NCBI GenBank assembly: GCA_963764725.1
Contig: CAVXTM010000004.1
Location: 1-64,000, forward strand
Direction of reading: 5' to 3'
Source of the DNA: an uncultured Gammaproteobacteria bacterium
GTDB lineage: Bacteria > Pseudomonadota > Gammaproteobacteria > JACCXJ01
DNA: 64,000 bases
Positions 60,769 to 64,000 of this stretch are shown here, one piece after another. The notes under the pieces are model-generated. The model was not told the origin of the DNA. It saw only the letters and a program-made list of their open reading frames with translations, and made no database searches. A program made the translations under genes and the position numbers. Numbering within the stretch: position 1 is the first letter of the stretch; the number at the start of each line of letters is the position of its first letter.

Positions 60769-62472
60769 TTAGCCGGGAGCCGCGGCATCCCGGGTGACGA
60801 CGACCTTCCGAAACATGCCAGCCTCCATGTGGTAGAGCAAATGGCAGTGAAAGGCCCACTCGCCGAGCGCGTCGGCCGTCACCTCGAAGGACAGCCGCTC
60901 AGCCGGCTTCGCGTTGATTACGTGCTTGCGCGGCTTGTAGGCGCCCGCCCCGTTGTCGAGATCGCTCCACATCCCGTGTAGGTGCAAGGGATGATTCATC
61001 ATCGTGTCGTTCACGAAGGTGAAGCGCACGCGCTCCCCGTACCGGAGCCGGATGGGCTCGGCATCGGAGTATTTTTTTCCGTCGAACGACCAGATGAAGC
61101 GCTGCATGTTGCCGGTAAGATGCAACTCGATCTCCCGGAACGGTTTTCTAAGGTCATAGCCGGGCTTGCTATTTCGCAGATCCGTGTAAACCAGGACGCG
61201 CCTGTCCGTAGTCTCGAGACCGATGCCGGGCTCGCTGAGCCTATTCGTCGGCATCATCGCTATCATCGCATTGCCAGGTCCGTGGTCGTCGGGTCCGTGC
61301 ATTAATGCCGTCATCTCGTTCGCCTTATCGGCGGCCGCGTGTCCCATGCCATGCATTCCATCCATGTGCCCGCCGTGGTCCATACCTGCCGCTCGCGGTC
61401 CGCTCATAGGACCGTGTGCCATGCCCATGTCCGCCATCGTCAGCAACGGCCGCGGCCGCATCTCAGGGATAGGCGCGGACAGGCCCTCCCGCGGCGCAAG
61501 CGTGCCGCGCGCATAACCGCTGCGGTCCATCGCCTCGGCAAAGAGGGTATACGCGCGGTCGCTCTCAGGCTCCACGATCACATCGTAGGTCTCGGCCACC
61601 GCGATGCGGATCTCATCCACCGCGACCGGCTGCACATCCTGGCCGTCGGCCTGCACTACGGTCATCTTGAGCCCGGGGATGCGGACATCGAAGTAGGTCA
61701 TCGCCGAGCCGTTGATAAACCGCAGCCGCACGCGCTCGCCCGTTTTGTAGAGCGCTGTGTAGTTGGCGGCGGGTGGTTTTCCGTTGATGAGAAACGTGTA
61801 GGTGTAGCCCGTGACATCGGCGATATCCGTGGGGTCCATGCGCATGCGACCCCACTCGAGCCGATCGGAAATAGTCGCCCCCCAGCCCTTATCCGCAACG
61901 TCGCGGAAAAAATCAGAGGCGGTGCGTTTCTTGAAGTTGTAATACCCGCTTTGCTTCTTGAGCTTGGCGTAGACCGTGTGCGGATCCTCGTCGGTCCAGT
62001 CCGAGAGCATGACGATGTAGTCACGATCATAGCGGTAGTTTTCGCGACGGGCCGGCTCTATGATGATGGGCGCGTACATCCCTGCTTGCTCCTGGAACGC
62101 CGAGTGGCTGTGGTACCAGTAGGTGCCGCTCTGCTTGACGGGAAAGCGGTAGGTGAAGGTCGCACCCGGCGCGATCGCATCGAAACTGATCCCCGGCACC
62201 CCGTCCATGCTGGCAGGCAGGATGATCCCGTGCCAGTGGAGGGACGTCGGTTCGTCGAGGCGGTTGGTAACACGGATCGTCGCGTCCTCGCCCTCGCGCC
62301 AGCGGAGCACCGGGCCGGGCACGGATCCGTTGATCGTCGGAACCAATCGATCCCGACCGGTCAGATTAATCACCTTTTTTTCTATGACGAGGCCGAATTC
62401 ACCTCCGTACGCAAAACTGGTTAGTCCCCATGCGCCGGCCAGAAATACACCTATCCGTCGCTTCGTCTCCAT
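60769..62472 (-). CDS. copA: CopA-family multicopper oxidase
   Basis: HWHG, YWYHSH, HPLHLHG, HCHLLYHM, Met/His-rich insert. Confidence 0.95.
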   Translation of the reverse strand: METKRRIGVFLAGAWGLTSFAYGGEFGLVIEKKVINLTGRDRLVPTINGSVPGPVLRWREGEDATIRVTNRLDEPTSLHWHGIILPASMDGVPGISFDAIAPGATFTYRFPVKQSGTYWYHSHSAFQEQAGMYAPIIIEPARRENYRYDRDYIVMLSDWTDEDPHTVYAKLKKQSGYYNFKKRTASDFFRDVADKGWGATISDRLEWGRMRMDPTDIADVTGYTYTFLINGKPPAANYTALYKTGERVRLRFINGSAMTYFDVRIPGLKMTVVQADGQDVQPVAVDEIRIAVAETYDVIVEPESDRAYTLFAEAMDRSGYARGTLAPREGLSAPIPEMRPRPLLTMADMGMAHGPMSGPRAAGMDHGGHMDGMHGMGHAAADKANEMTALMHGPDDHGPGNAMIAMMPTNRLSEPGIGLETTDRRVLVYTDLRNSKPGYDLRKPFREIELHLTGNMQRFIWSFDGKKYSDAEPIRLRYGERVRFTFVNDTMMNHPLHLHGMWSDLDNGAGAYKPRKHVINAKPAERLSFEVTADALGEWAFHCHLLYHMEAGMFRKVVVTRDAAAPG

Positions 62473-62614
62473 CGTTCTCAATCCAGCCGCACCGGCGCGA
62501 GCGAGCGCTGCGCGTAATGTTTTCCATGAAGCGCTCTCATCCCGTTCATCGTTGTCACGGCGTAAGCCAGAAAATCATCGGGCCGTTTCTCGCCGCAACT
62601 GCCCGGATCCCGGA

Positions 62615-63565
62615 CTACTTTTCGCGCTCCACGATGTAGCCGGCGAGACGCTGAAGCAGCTTGCCGGCCGATCCGAGACTGGAAATGGCGGCTGATGCTT
62701 CGTTAAAGAGTTCCGCAGCGGCTCGCCGGGCGCCGTCCAACCCGAGGAGGTTGGGGTAGGTCGGTTTGTTGCGCGCCATGTCGGACCCTTGGGGTTTGCC
62801 GATGACCGCCGTGTGCCCTTCGACATCCAGGATATCGTCCTGGATCTGAAAGGCGAGTCCCACGCATTTCCCGTAGCGATCGAGCCGCTCCAAGATTTCC
62901 GGATCCACGTTGGCTTGGGAAAGGGCGCCTAAACGCACGCTCGCGCGTATCAAGGCCCCGGTCTTATGAATATGCATGTTTTCGAGCTCGGCGATGTTGA
63001 GCGTCTTGCCCACCGCGGCGAGATCGAGCGCCTGTCCGCCCGCCATTCCGCGCGACCCGCTGGCCGTCGCTATGGTGTCGATCATTCGCAGCCTTTGTTC
63101 GGCGCCTACCCGAATGTTCGGGTCGTGTGCGAGCACATGAAAGGCGAGCGCGTGGAGGGCGTCTCCAGCGAGAATGGCCGTGGCTTCATCGTAGGCCTTG
63201 TGGCAGGTCGGACGTCCGCGGCGGAGATCATCGTTGTCCATGGCCGGAAGATCGTCGTGCACCAGGGAATAGGCATGCACCAACTCCACCGCGCAGGCCG
63301 GCCCATCCAAGGCCTCACGGTTGACGCCCAACGCCGTTCCCGCCGCGTAGACGAGGAGCGGGCGGACGCGCTTACCGCCGCCTAAAACGGCGTAGCGCAT
63401 GGCGGTGTGCAAGCTGGCCGGGACCTTGTGAGCCGACGGCAGCCACCGCTCCAAGGCTTGATCCACGGCCAGGCGGAATTGTTCGATTGACGCGCGGGCG
63501 GTCACAGGAGATTTAACGGTGCTCACTGACCGACCGGTAGCAACAACGCCATCATGGGTATTCAC
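62615..63565 (-). CDS. ispA: farnesyl diphosphate synthase
   Basis: GGKRVRP, HDDLPAMDNDDLRRG, FQIQDDILD. Confidence 0.95.
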   Translation of the reverse strand: MNTHDGVVATGRSVSTVKSPVTARASIEQFRLAVDQALERWLPSAHKVPASLHTAMRYAVLGGGKRVRPLLVYAAGTALGVNREALDGPACAVELVHAYSLVHDDLPAMDNDDLRRGRPTCHKAYDEATAILAGDALHALAFHVLAHDPNIRVGAEQRLRMIDTIATASGSRGMAGGQALDLAAVGKTLNIAELENMHIHKTGALIRASVRLGALSQANVDPEILERLDRYGKCVGLAFQIQDDILDVEGHTAVIGKPQGSDMARNKPTYPNLLGLDGARRAAAELFNEASAAISSLGSAGKLLQRLAGYIVEREK

Positions 63566-63816
63566 AGTCCGTCATTGTCCCCGGCACCAGGAGCAAACGG
63601 CGCCAGCGCTTGAGTACCGTTTTTTTCAAGAAGAATTTTAACCCGTTGCTCGGCTTCACTCAGCGCCTTCTGGCAGGCTCTTGTTAACGCCACCCCCCGC
63701 TCGAAGTGCTTTAACGACTCATCGAGGCTAAGCTCGCCAGCCTCCATCTGGTTGACCAAGGACTCTAACTCTCGGAGCGCCTGCTCCAAATCAAACCCGG
63801 TGTTTTTTCTCGCCAC
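63562..63816 (-). CDS. xseB: exodeoxyribonuclease VII small subunit
   Basis: LE.LVNQMEAGELSLDESLKHFERG..L...AEQRV. Upstream of ispA. Confidence 0.95.
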   Translation of the reverse strand: MARKNTGFDLEQALRELESLVNQMEAGELSLDESLKHFERGVALTRACQKALSEAEQRVKILLEKNGTQALAPFAPGAGDNDGL

Positions 63817-64000
63817 GCCCTATCCTCCCAGCATGTTACGGTAAACTAACGAAAATTCGGGGTCAATGCGCGGCGCTCATAGAAATACAAGCCGCCCGTC
63901 GCGCTCGTTTCGGTTGACATTGAGGCGGGAGAATCCTAGACTTTTTGGTGCGCTTAGACTTAGTCTAAAACATACGGCAAGCAAATTCGTGGAGGAGGCG

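Noticed and set aside
1-64000. CRISPR array, tRNA/rRNA, integron with attC sites, prophage
   Set aside because: No regularly spaced short repeats, no tRNA/rRNA signatures, no integron integrase or consistent attC hairpins, and no phage structural genes recognised.

Overview
A 64 kb accessory region of a probable proteobacterial (likely gammaproteobacterial) chromosome. Core genes appear only at the right end (xseB-ispA, next to copAB). The rest is a mosaic of short cargo blocks of visibly different GC content, gene fragments, TA modules and IS/REP remnants. Many single-base frameshifts at homopolymers suggest long-read errors. The most striking feature is at 2.1-7.2 kb: three tandem cassettes each carry a small precursor gene with a Sec signal, a pro-region, a double-glycine-type cleavage motif and a mutually unrelated core peptide. 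Each gene lies tail-to-tail with the 3' end of a group II-like reverse transcriptase that contains a conserved hairpin. The array sits next to a FapD-like C39 peptidase and a FapF-like outer-membrane barrel, making it a candidate RT-linked peptide-diversification and secretion system. Other notable items: a truncated glyco-NRPS cluster (Thr-type A domain); a TRAF-binding/TPR-patatin gene whose link to a divergent purB has been split by cargo insertions that left collinear duplicated anchors; a recurrent ~30-bp junction motif; a candidate anti-Shine-Dalgarno sRNA; and a hydrogenase-independent GlxA-hoxX-folD module. Family assignments come from motif recognition by eye, with no database searches.
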